Source of the DNA: Takakia lepidozioides
Lineage: Eukaryota > Plantae > Bryophyta
NCBI GenBank assembly: GCA_030704615.1
Contig: CM060732.1
Coordinates: forward strand, 44,888,001-44,952,000
DNA: 64,000 bases
Reading direction: 5' to 3'
Numbering within the stretch: position 1 is the first letter of the stretch; each line of letters starts with the position of its first letter. Position numbers and translations under genes: made by a program. The notes below the pieces were generated by a model that did not search any database, had not been told where the DNA came from, and saw only the letters and a list, made by a program, of their open reading frames with translations. Of the stretch, positions 26,511 to 38,985 are shown piece after piece.

Positions 26511-26655
26511 TGTCCCACTCTTACTTGTTTCCTATTGTGAAAGGGCAACCTGAAAGAGATTCACATAGCATGTCACATACCAGAATCCTGCTGTTATTAA
26601 AAAAAGTAATACCGGCCCAACACTCGTCTTTACAAACCCACCTTTAAGGAAATAA

Positions 26656-26683
26656 GGCCCCGGCCGTACCAGCCTGCTATCGC
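26656..26683 (+). mobile_element. Second putative PIF/Harbinger left terminus
   Basis: TAA + GGCCCCGGCCGTACC...CTGCTATCG, similar to 19110; lies ~380 bp upstream of a Myb/SANT ORF. Confidence 0.6.
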
Positions 26684-27037
26684 CTGCTACGCGGGGCCTA
26701 ACTACTGCTACATAAAAAATCGCGGCCGCATTGAACTGCTTAAAATATTTTAGCGATAACTATTGTTATCTATCCTAAGACTTTCCTTCCTAGTTTAGAG
26801 GGAATTTAGCACTACCCCCCCTCCAGTGCTAAATCTAAACAGCACGTCGTTTTTGGGCAGCTGCCCGTGCCATTCTTCGCCATACGCCATTCACATTCGC
26901 CATTTGCTTCTCCTTCGCTCTTCCCTTCTCTTCGCGTTCCTCTTGCTCAGGTTCCTCGCAGACATAGAAACAGCCCACGCTTATCAACTCTGTCGATTCT
27001 GCTGTTTCTTGCTGTAGTTCCTCTCCTGCATTGCATC

Positions 27038-27553
27038 ATGTCCACCACGACGACGACATCGGATAGGTCGGAGAGTGCAGCTGATGCGGTGGATTCGCAT
27101 GGGGAAGTACCTGCGACATATACTCATGTCGGGAGGCGACCTGGAAAGAGACCACGACAGACGAATTGGTCTGAAAGGGAAATGCACTGGCTTGCAGTTG
27201 CGAAGAAAGAGGAATGGGAAGCATGGAAGGAATCTACTGCCCGAGGGAATATGGTTGTGGACAGGGTGAAGTGGGAAAAGGTGGTTCGGTTCATGGAGAG
27301 CCACGGGGTGAAGGACCGTGATGTGGTCAGCTGCAACAACAAATGGAATATGATAACAAAATTGTACAGAGATATCCGAGGACATCAGCTCCACGCGACA
27401 GGCAATCAGGATTACTGGGGCATGGATGGCAAGGAGCGAGTAGCTCTAGGCCTTCCAAAGGCATTCAGCAAGGACCTTTACAGCGACATAGACTTTTTGG
27501 CGGAGCGAGCATGCAATGCTCTGCGAGCCACTTCGAGCAGCATGCACATGCAG
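27038..27553 (+). CDS. Myb/SANT trihelix DNA-binding protein (Harbinger ORF1-type), first exon or partial
   Basis: RQTNWSEREMHWL...KWEKVVRFMESHGVKDRDVVSCNNKWNMITKLYRDIR...YWGMDGKERVALGLPKAF; ends at a caggtaa donor. Confidence 0.8.
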
Positions 27554-28099
27554 GTAAACTTTTGCAGATAATCCCCTTTTATATGGTTACACTCATGCTA
27601 AACAGTCAGGAATTTTGAAGTATGCAAACCCCGGCTGCTTGCAATGAGGTAGAATTCTGAGTTGGTTCTTAGTTTGCAAGTTGAGGTCAAAATTTGTCTG
27701 AACTACTACCATCAAACTGTCTATCCAGATCTGTCTCCATACCTCCCTTTACATATCCTTGCAGGAAAACCAGTTTTTGGGTCCACAACATAGCGGGAAA
27801 AAATGAAATGTTATGTCCAAGCTGGAATTATCTGTACATGCTCTGACAATTGGGGGCTTAACTATACTCGTTGTGCGTTCAGCAACCGTGACTTCAGTGT
27901 CATTAGCTTTCTTCAGTCCAATGTCTACTTCTGAATTTGCAGCCTCATGTATTGGCTGGCCGCCCCCTTCGTCAACAGCTCTTGGGTCCCTCCAGCAGCC
28001 AACAGAAGCTGCACAACAATAGCTGCTTTGTGTAAACTGCAAACAGAATTAGCATATCCTGAGCTGAGGGACATAAAATCAAGCACACTCAGAGCACAT

Positions 28100-28780
28100 T
28101 CATGTACCTGCTGCGGCCATTGCTGGCCATGGTTTTGGCTGATCAAGTCTCTTTGTTGCCAGCAGCACCCTGTTTCTCCACCAAATTCCCAAAATGCTCC
28201 ACAAGTTTCCCAAAGTGGCTAACCATTGCTCGCCTATCCTCGGATGCTGCCCGCCGATCCACTGATATCTCTTATTCCGCATTGACAGCTATCTGAGCCT
28301 TTTTAACCTCAAACTGGAACATATTTTTTTGCAGCTCCAAAGTCTTTTCAAACCTGTCTGTCTTCTCTTTCCTGCTCTCCTCCATGTTTTTTGCTACACC
28401 CTCATTTGCAGCTTTAAACGCATTGAGCAGCTCTGTGCTAGCAGTGAATTTTTTTTCTTGCTAGTGGAGTTTGGAAATGGGGCTGTTGATGTGCTCGTGT
28501 AACGGGGCATTGGAGGCCGCCACTGGCCAAGGTTTGAAAGCGAACGAAAATCATTTGGATGGGCAACCATCCGTTGGCCCATTGAACGAATTTCGATTGA
28601 TCTCATATTACTCTGGGGCCTCTTACATGGAGGTGGGACTGCAGGTTCTTCGACATTTGCATCCGATCCTTCAGTGCCCGCTGGAGGTTGCTCCAAGGAC
28701 GGATCATCAAGCTCAACCTGCAATGCAGGTGTCTCAACTTGCACGACCGGTGGCTCAACCTCCATGCAGGCAATCTGCAC
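28100..28780 (-). pseudogene. Low-complexity / coiled-coil ORF remnant, possibly the C-terminus of a Harbinger ORF1
   Basis: Acidic/Pro-rich stretch followed by MEESRKEKTDRFEKTLELQKNMFQFEVKK; frameshifted. Confidence 0.3.
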
Positions 28781-31700
28781 AAACCCCTCCAGAATGAATA
28801 GAAAGAAAAGAGAACATGAATGTATGGAAGTAGAAAAGATACTACATGAAACTTTTCCCTTATGAAAACCCTTGAACTATGATAACTAATATCTCGCAGC
28901 TTGTTGGGGGAGAAAACCTCACTATTCCAGAAAGCACATGGAACATCAACAGTGAAGGGGTGGTGGCACCATTGTTGATTATGGTACAACTCTCATATAT
29001 TTGACTGAGGGGCACCTCTATCACATATTGTCACCATTGATCAAAGTGGTCTTGTCTCACTAAAACTTGAGAAAGATCACTTGCTCTCAATGGCATACTT
29101 ATCTTGGAGAAAGGAACATTGGATTACTCTGTAATAGACGGCACTTGACCATGATCAGACAATGACTATTTAAACTGTCGATTCCCCGACACAATTAAAG
29201 CTCTAGCTGCAGACATACTGGGAGACAAGAACCAAGATATGATATTAACCTTGCACGCCATCCTGTGAGAAAGTTACAACCCCACTGATTCCAGGAGTCC
29301 CTGTTAGCACTGCCACAGCCTTCAATGGTGCCACTGGCACCTTCGATATGTGAGTCTTTCCCTTGGATCCTGTGGAGGCAATGTTGCTAAGAGTAAAAGA
29401 ACAAGTAAATGGGAGGCAGAAGGAGGAGGAGGACTACCAGACAAGACAAATCTCAAGGGAACTTGTCCCTTAGTGACACCCACTGGAAGCATGGGGCCTC
29501 TGCTGGTTGGAATCTGGTGCCAAGGAACTCTTTAGGTTTTTACCACCTGTGCCACTAGACCAACCAAGCAAGTCTGCATGAGCACAAGTTTTGTGGCATG
29601 TTTTTCAAGCACCATGTTCTGGGTTTTGTTACCAGATTCTTCTTGCGGAGGGGGGGTGTCTCGATAACAAGTACTACTCAGATCTCTAGTAACCTTTTGG
29701 AGGCAAACTTCTCTCTGTTTGACTCCATGAAATTAAGGCCTGATTCCTAGAGTGTTGTCATTTAATGTTGTGTGCGTTTTGCATTTCTTCTGTGACCGCC
29801 TTTCTATTGGGTTTTTCTTAATAGAGCCATACCATTAGAACCTACACAACACTGTAATAGCTACCCAGAGCTCAATTGTGGAAAAATGGGCAATGAGGCT
29901 TTCCTGTGGATGGGGGGCTTCAAGTTTATTTGATTCCAATCACATGTGATGGAGTTTGATAAGAATTTGTTCTCTTTGAATTCATAGCTGTCACATATTT
30001 CTACACGGATAGAGATTGAGACTTTTGTGATCCTCTGGGAGTGTAAACACTCATCAATGTAGTCAACTGCAGAGAAAATTTGCCTTCCCAGAAACCAATT
30101 TGCATTTTTAGGAACCCCCTGAGGATGGCCCTGCCCTTCCCATGAGCCCAGTAGTCCACCCCTGGATGCTACCAAACATCATCAATGTCACTAAACACCA
30201 CATTGCAAAGCATTGTAGCTCAAACTACCCGGCCTCGATTTGAGAGCTGAGCATCGGTGCTATACAAGGGTTTACAGCACCAGAAATTTTCATTACATCA
30301 GGTATGCTTACAGCTTTTTGTCACGATCACAGTTCTACCATTACAAAACAGAGTCTGACTAGTTGTTGGTAATACAAGCAAATTTTATTCAAGGAGGAGT
30401 TTAGACTTGAACTATATCATCACTCCAGCAGAGAGCAATGGGAGCTCTCCTTGAGTCCTCTCCCTATCAATCGCGACCCTCCAATCCAGATAACCCATGC
30501 TACGAAACCTTAGAAGAATATTGGAAGGACTAATAAAGAAGAACCGCAAAGACCAAATCGCATATCAGTGGTGTCCTTTGCCACCATGTTTGGCCTCCTC
30601 CTCAGCATGGCGCAGGTGCCGAATCTCCGTGGGCCAGCCAACGGCGTAAGAGAGAAGGAAGAGGGAGATCATCGCATCGTTCAAAGGCCTGACGCTGTCA
30701 CACTCGACTTCACAAAGCTGGGCACTTCCTTCAGCTTCATGCTGGCAAGCCCTCTCAGCGACGAGAACGCCATCTTCGGCTGCCTTGCTCAGAACAAGCA
30801 TACTAACAAAGACCTCCTCGCCTTCGATTGCAGGCTCTCGAGAACACAGACAAGTTTGCTGACCCTTTCTGGCCACTTCCCTTTCCTCCTTTCCGTTTCT
30901 CTGTTCCATTCATGGGAACATGTTCTCGAGAAGTTTTCATTGTAGACTGTTTCGAGAACTGTTTCTTTGTCTCTCTTTTCACAAAAACATGGGCTCATGT
31001 TGTGAAGAACAAACTGAGACCCATCAGTGCTGTCTTTGCAGGGATCATGAGGAATACTGGATGGCAAAGGAAAATTTCCAGAACAAGACTCGGTAGCTCG
31101 AGTCTGAAGCAGAGGTCAAATTCGATACTCGATACTGCCATTCATAGGCCCCTGTCAGCGTCCTCTCTCTTTGGTTTTGGCAGGTCAATCGTATGCCATT
31201 GTCTCTCTACTCTTACCGTTACCAGTGTTGCTTGCTCTGTCTGGATATAGGTTGCTTCGTTGCTTCAATGGGGATTAGGTGTTGGTAGTTGAGTTTCTCG
31301 AGTGCTAATTGCAGCTCCCTGATCTTTCTGTACTTCCACAATCCCTGATCTTCATCTATTCAGCAGCATTTGTGTGTGTCACTTGTTCACTGCCTGACGT
31401 TTCTTCTGTTTGTTTATTCAACCCCAATGTCGATGTCCTGCACATCTGTTTTCACATCTCCTTGCTATGACCGCCTCTGTGTATCCCCATCGTTCCTGCG
31501 AACGTTTGATATGACATACCTGGTTGGGGGGTTGAGCCCACTGATATACCACAGCCAGCAAGCAGGTTCGAAGGGAAAGAGTATTATTCATACTAGAGAG
31601 CATCGATCGTGCAGAGTATGACGTTCATTAAACCACTGCTGCTATAGCCTTCCAGTATCAGCACGGGACATAGATAGAGAATGTACTCATAGACGTTGTT

Positions 31701-32532
31701 TGTTAGCCTTGTGGCCATTGACCCCGCGCCCGGTTTGAGCGGAACACAAAGGGGCAGAACCTACGTTTGTCAAAGGCTGATGCCGTTAGTAAGACTTACC
31801 TTTGAATAAACAATTATTGATCTAGGTTTCCCAGCTATCCTCTAGAAATCCCTTTCCAGATGCGTCAACCTGCTGTATGTGGTTTGGGGCCCAAAAAGGG
31901 CCTGGGCTTTTGGCTCAGCATCAACTCTTTCAAAGTTGATAACCAGAGGTACAGGCACAATTCCCTTCGTAAACTTGAAGAGAGCATCTCTCTGGTGAGA
32001 GAACACAAGAGAAAGAATCAGAAAATGAATAGTCTTCAGGTTGCCCACACAATGGGCAATTGCAAGCTCCCTTTCCTCTCTGTGCAGTATCACAGAAACC
32101 AAGAGCAAGGAAAATAATGCTGCACAAGGACTGTCTCATACAGGGCTCTTTGGGTCCCCTGAAGGCCTCTGCCAGGGATCTCCGAGAAAATAGGGCACCA
32201 GAAGAAAACAGGATCTTCTGTCTCCACTTGTACCATTGGACAAGTCCTGTACTCGAGAGGAGACAATGTACATGAGACGTTGTTTGTTGTAGCCTTGTGG
32301 CCACAGACCCAGCACCCAGTGTGGGCAGAACAAGAGGGAACAGACACTACCTTTGTGAAGGGCTCATTCCGGTAGTGGGATGGCTTACCTTGATATAAAC
32401 AATTGGTTCAGGCTTTCAAGATATCCTCTAGAAAGCCCTCACACAAATCTGCTGTGTCTGAGCTGCCCGGCAATTAGACCCCAACAGTGCCAGGGCTGTA
32501 GGCTCAGCCTCGGGATTTTCAGAGGGAGAGAG

Positions 32533-32855
32533 AGAAATGAAATGAAATGAAATGGTGCTTTATAACGTCCGCGGAAAGCTCGTAGAGCTTATGGGACAAA
32601 ATGGAAGAAAACATGAGAGAGGAACAAATCCAGAAACCACAATTAATGTTCTAGCGATTGTCTAAGGGTGAAGGCCTCGTGTAAGTAGGCTGCCACGCAT
32701 TTTTGATCCTCATAGTGAAAGACATCAGTGAGAGTTTGGGTTCCACTGAATAAACAGTGAAATCTCCCACGGATCTCGTAGTATAGAGGGCAGTAGAAGA
32801 AGTGTTCTTCAGTTTCAATTTCCTTGCAGCGCCCTATGCAAGCTGGACATAGGCG
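32533..32855 (-). mobile_element. 5'-truncated non-LTR retrotransposon (LINE) 3' end
   Basis: RLCPAC...ETEEHFFYCPLYYEIR (CCHC-type ORF2 C-terminus), short 3' UTR and (CATTT)n tail; GAGAGAGAGA on both sides is a plausible TSD. Confidence 0.8.
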
Positions 32856-34399
32856 AGAGAGAGACACACACACACACACACATACACACACCTCTCAATG
32901 GCTAATCAACCTCCCATAACATCTGCAGCTTCTTTAGGTCTGTCTCATATACAGCCTCATTTGTCTGCAAGCTGGCCTCCTTCGCCACCTCTATCAATGG
33001 GAGAGCAGCAGCAGCAGCAGCCTCCCTTTACTTCTTCTCAGCCTTTGCAATCGCCCCAGCCTTCATTGTGTTTCTCTTGTTGCTGTTGCTCATGACTGTC
33101 AGATTCCACGCAGCCTTCCCGTTGGAGTGAGTGTTGACCTTTCACCTTTTCCACCTGGGCATTCTGAAACAAAATCAGTGGGTTTCACACGTGCTAACTT
33201 CCAGTCTGCACTATGATTCACTGAGAACCCACAGTTCATCTGATTTCAACAGCCTGCATAACACCTACACAAGGACTATTTCCCCAAACGAGCTAGATCA
33301 GCCACACAACAGCATTATTCAGTCCCTCTTAGTACCTACCTGTCTGTCTGGTAAATCCAACCCCCCACCGACACACATAAAACCCTGCCAATGCACCTTT
33401 TATCCTGTGGTCTCTGTACGCGTTGTCCACCTAGTAAGGTGCCAAACCAGCTTCACTAGCTGGAAGTAACAAGGGTTGTGACTAATCATCTCTCTCACAG
33501 GTGGCAACCATGATGACTAAGAGGGAGAGACAAACCATTGCCTCTGTAGGTAATGAAGTAATCTGCAAATTCGTTGACTGGATGCTGTAGCTACAATTCT
33601 TGATGTCTCAGATCATCATCACCTCAGAAATTCTTGACTTCTCTCACACTTCAGAGTATGATCATACAATTCCCTCATTAAAAGTGCTGCCTGACAATCT
33701 TTGTGCCAAAATGAGTGCATGTTTCTTGTGTCCCAGACCCCATGCTTGCGAACTGGTGGGGGTCAAATCCAATCCTCACCACCAATTTCCAGAACATAAA
33801 TGTTTCATCCACATGGAAATTACGTCTGGGGATTTCATATCCCGTGACCTAAGAATGTTTTATTTTGCAGATACTGTACTGACACATATCTGCACACATC
33901 ACTATAGCTCAGACAAAATGATTCTCCACTCAAGACTTCAGTAGCAATGATTATCCGGGTGAGATCTGGACATACATGGGTTCCTGAAGTAAGTGCCATC
34001 CAAGTGCCAAGCACGTTAGAATTCTCCTCCATGACCCCAGTAGATTCCATGTCACTTCCAGGCACGATTGATGTTAAGACCAACCGACTACATGCACCCA
34101 ACGAATCCTCATATTCGCCAAGTTTAGAAGGCACAGTGTGAATTATTCCTCTCCAGATGAACACGTCATGAGTCTCAGGCTTGTTCACCTCTTTCCTTCT
34201 CAGATTCAACATCACCCGAGAATTCTGAATGACAAACTCAGAGTCATGTGCAAGAGCAACACATACAACCCCTAAATTCCACCGACCTTGACCCTCACTG
34301 CAATGGAAAGACCTTCCTGGATAGGGCTATGCACATGCACACCCGCAGATTGCCCCAACCATATTGAATGCCACACTTGGGGCTGATGAGATTACTAAA

Positions 34400-34965
34400 T
34401 CAGGTGGAATGGCGGGGTGTAAAGAGGGAAGTGGAGTGGTGGGAAGCACCTGCAAAGAAAGCTTTGGAAGGAGATGAACGACCTCGCGCGATGCATGCGG
34501 GCAAATAAATGTCCAACAAGCATTTCTTATCAGGTCGGCAAACCAGCCATAGCAATGCCACTCGGACAGCTGCTTCTAAGCAACAAAAGTGTCCACCCTC
34601 AAGTTGGCTACAATGCACTGCACACACTTGTCACAGAACTCCATCCAACAAAAACACCCTGCGACCAGTGCTGCCATCACATTATCTCCAATGAAAACTG
34701 GGCTCATACCATACATGTAGGAGAAGGCAATCTCCAGTCCCTCCGCGCTCACAGAAGGGTCATCAATCTGCAGTTCGATTTGCAGCTTTCTGTACTCTGT
34801 CCAGGGGCCTGAGAGAAGTAAATGGAAGTACGAAGACTGCAAGAGTATAATCCGATAGAGCGGATAGTCCTTCCCCATAAAATTTAAGGTTATGTCCGAG
34901 AACATATACCCCTGCAACCCCTGCTGCTGCACATGCTCGCAAAGTGCAACCCCCGCCTCCACCAC
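34400..34965 (-). pseudogene. BTB/POZ (germ-cell-less-like plant family) gene remnant
   Basis: FSDITLNFMGKDYPLYRIILLQSSYFHLLLSGPWTE...IDDPSVSAEGLEIAFSYMYG; stop, then IRNACWTFIC...LLPKLS. Confidence 0.75.
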
Positions 34966-36489
34966 TGCACTTTTCCCCTCTCTCCCCCAACCCGCTTCAA
35001 GTCGCAGTGCAACCCAGAATCTCTCATCCCTCCCTCACCCGCAGCCCAGGTGTCACTCCCGTCGTCCCAGGGAAGAAGACACCTGCTGCACCTATCTCCT
35101 CCACAATGTGCAGCATCTGCTGGTCGCCAATAAATTTCTTCTTCCATGGGCTCTGGCATCTGCTTGCAAGCCAGGCCTCCTTCCTCAATACACCATAGTG
35201 TTATGCGCTTCTTACTCCAGTTCTTTGGATGGTTTATGGACAGGCGGCCTGCAATCGAAAGCTTCGTGGATGGTTGCTGGACTTGCACAACACATCTACC
35301 ATATCGGAACCACAGCTTCACTTCACCAACATTCAGCACAAGCAGAGCAGAGCAGGGCATACAAGAGCTTGGTCGTTGATTGCGACACCTAGAAAATGTA
35401 CTCACGAGCCACAGACTCACATCAACTTCACTGCCTTGCAGTACAAGAAGACCCGCGAAGGACAACAGCATGCATCAACCCCTACCTTACAGTAGCACTC
35501 TCTCTCTGCCTACTACGAATGAGCACCCCCAAATCACTCGCACTCACTAAAGCATCAATATTGGACCAGCAAAGTACATGCCAGGGGGTGCAGGCTATTT
35601 GCAACTAAGTTGTGGCGTCTCTCCATCTCGCATTGCTTCTCCCCTCCCCTCCCTCCCCCTGCTGGTACTACATAAATGGACCCATGGCACGTGGCTGGGC
35701 ACAAGGACAGTGAGCAGCAAGGGACACCGATTCACGGCACTGCCAGGCAGCACAGATGGACCACAGGAGTGCTTGAGGAGGCTTGCTGGATTTTTGCTGG
35801 TCCTGTGCAGCATGTCTAGTAGTTCGACATGCTTCCAACCCCCAACCCCCTTGCTAAGCAGCTTGCATCTCCACTTCCAGTTCTCTGTCTCCTCATGGGC
35901 TTGACCAACCTGCCCCAATTACAACGTGGACCAGATGCCAGGGCACATAGGCTGGATGCAGCCATGTATCTCCAACATCAATCTCTGTTATATACATTTC
36001 TCCCCCTGCTGTGCACCCCAATGGACAAATCACTCCACTACCAGGCAGTGTAGAATTGCGCTAAAAGTAAGACGGGTTCCTCAGGACATCTGTCCTGAGG
36101 AGCTCATCTTATTTTTAGAGCAATTCCACGGGTCCTCGTGAACTCCTGATCGCCCACAGTGAGTACCCAAGGCGGAACGCGTCAAGATCATAGAATAAAC
36201 CGGCAACATCCTATCCACGCAAGCCACCATCCTCTTCAATTGAATCTTCAGCTCTGAGACCTCAGCAGCGAGTTCCTCAACCTTCTTGTACACAGACTCG
36301 GATGGTACATCATCGGAGCTGAACAACCTAGATGGCACCAATCTTCGCAAACCCAAAGCATGAAAGCGCACTGAAATCTCCCGCATGGCCGCCATCATCC
36401 TGCAGTTGCTTACACATGTCAATATGGAAAGTAGAAGTGGTGATTGAACATAGACCCCTACTCTCAATCAAATTGCCAGCTGAACTGTG

Positions 36490-38200
36490 CTAAGTTCCTT
36501 GTCAAAGGTGAGGTGGTCTTATTGGGTGACTTCAATGCCCCACCATTGGGCCTTTTGGTGAGGATGAACTGAATTTCTAATGGAAGACGGTCAAATAAAC
36601 TGTCCCAAAGAACTTTAACTTTCAACCTTGAATAATAGGTCAAAAGGAGACCTAATGCAATGGACCTGTAAAACCACCAACCTGTTCTTTATGCCCATTT
36701 AAGCTGACAAGCTGAATTCCATACACATCACAAGGGAATCTACCCATCTATCCTCAATTTTATGGACCTACCAAACTGTAATATATTTTTGGAGCTTCAT
36801 CATTTCAACACCCATTTTGAGCTGAAAGCCCAAACTGAGGAACCATCCATTGTGGATTACCAAGCTTAAGGGATACCGTGGTATCCATGATAAACCATTA
36901 CGGCATGGTTTGATATTACGAACAGAACAGGTATCATTGTGGACAAGAGTTTGTTTCCCCACAGTGCCAGTGTGTTTGATTGACAGAACTGATATTAGTA
37001 CCTCTGACCACATCTTGGTTTGGACTAAAGATCAAAACATGTTTCCCCAACACCAAAAGATCTGTGAAATGTTTGATTCGGAAGTGGCACATACAAAAAT
37101 TTCCAAAATGAAGAGGTCAAGGCTGAATATGTCCAGGCCTTGCAACAGGTTCTCCCTCAATTTGTCTATTCGCTCCAAGACTGGCAGTGCAAGAAATGAA
37201 GTCAAAAGAGCTGTGGATTCTTGGGAGAGTTTCATCTCCTCTGTGGCTGACAAGATCATAGGGAGGACACTAATTGTCTGCAGTAGAGCTATTGATTGGT
37301 GGACCAATGAGATCAAACTCAGCCGAGAGACGAGTCCTCTATAAAGACTGCCGCAATTTGAAAGTCAACAAAACAAATTGTGGGCTAGGTACTACCAGAT
37401 CCGCCAAGATAACAGTCAGCTTGTAAGGTTTCAGAAGAAAATATATACCGGGACAAGTTATACAATGAAATAAACTCAAATCGCCATGGTGGTAAAGACA
37501 AGGGATTCTGGTTGGCCCTTCGACGTCTATACTTGTCAGCATGTACAAGCGCTGAGGACTACTAAGGGTGGAGTGGTGACTTCAATGGTTGATACTGTCA
37601 AAACCTTTGAAACTCACTACAGTATCCTTGGTAGACATTCTAGCTCTAGCTGTGAGGGGTCTTTTGAAGAATGGAAAGACGCACTTGGAAAAAACTGTTC
37701 CTTCGATTCAAGACAGCCCTGATGACCTGGAGTATATTTCAAAGGGTTACAACGCTCCCATTAGTTCTTCTAAGATTGTGGAAGCAATTGAGCATTTACA
37801 CGGATATAGAGCTGGTGGACCTGATGGCATAGTCAACAAGCTAATCAAGCAGGGTGGCGGCCCCATCATAGAGGCCCTTGTACTTCTCTTTAACCTTATC
37901 TGGAGGACTGACATGATCCCCTTTTGCGACAGGGGATCATTGTCAATCTACACAAGAAAGGTGACAGAGAAGAGCTGGGGAACTATTAAGGCATCACGCT
38001 TCTCAATGCAGATATTTTGCAGAGATATAAGTACTCGTCTCGAGGTCGATCTGGAGTACTAGAGGTTGTTTCCACAAAGGCCGAGCTGGCTTTCTGAGAA
38101 ACAGGGGCTGTGGGGATCTTCACTCTAAGCCAGATTATTCAGTGAAGGAAAAAAGAAGGGAAACCAACCTTTGTTTTTGTCTTATGACACAGTGTGGGGA
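36490..38200 (+). mobile_element. Degenerate LINE ORF2 (AP endonuclease + N-terminal RT)
   Basis: VVLLGDFNA and SDH (APE), DWWTNEIK, AGGPDGIVNKLIK...LFNLIW...IIVNLHKKGD..LGNY.GITLL (RT domains 0-1); many frameshifts. Confidence 0.85.
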
Positions 38201-38559
38201 AGACAACCTGAGTCAGTTGATTCGGGGAGGGCAGAGGGTTGGTGCTCAAACAACTTGTACTGGAGTTAACAAGAGATGGTCCAGATACCTGCGAGACACC
38301 AAAGTCATGGCACACCTATGACAATGTCAAACAATACCCGATTTATCCTGCAGGAGTTATAAGTTGCTTGGAGAAGGGCATGGCTTTGGTGGACTCTAGG
38401 AGATTTCAGGTCTCTAGGGGAAGAATAGGCAACAAATTGCACTTGTTCAAGTTCCTAATTTCACTTTCTCATAAACTGCACAGCAAAGTACCTAAAAAGA
38501 TATGTATGTCAACGTATGCCACAATCATACTCTACACAAAACCAAGACAACAACAATGC

Positions 38560-38985
38560 AGATTCCATTTCAGAAATGTCTTTTGCCTACTTCTACACAT
38601 CAGGTCTAATCCGCAGGGATGGTGGTAAGAACAGCAAGCATCCTTTGATTCATTCTATGATTCATATCTAGTTGTGGAAGAAAGAACGAAAGAAGCCCAC
38701 ATGCAGAGACAGAAAAACACAGCCACAGTAGAGATTGTGGGCAGGACACAATGCGAGTCAGAAAATGAGCGGGAAGATATCTTTGACAAAACAGAGAGAC
38801 GTGCGTTGCGGAAAGAAAGTGGATGAAGATCTTGGCACTTTCAGAGAAGGCAAGAAGAGCGTCCTTATTCACAGGAATATCCTTCTTCCTCCCAGTGCGC
38901 ACGGGCGAGCTCCGCAAGCTTCCCTTTCACAATTCTCTTCACATTGGCCTGCGGTAGGTCTCACTCTCTGGCCCTGCTGCCATAC
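38560..38985 (-). pseudogene. Histone-fold DPB4/POLE3 (NF-YB11-like) gene fragment
   Basis: LPQANVKRIVKGKL...KDIPVNKDALLAFSESAKIFIHFLSAT, an intron, then AKDIS; frameshifted. Confidence 0.75.
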
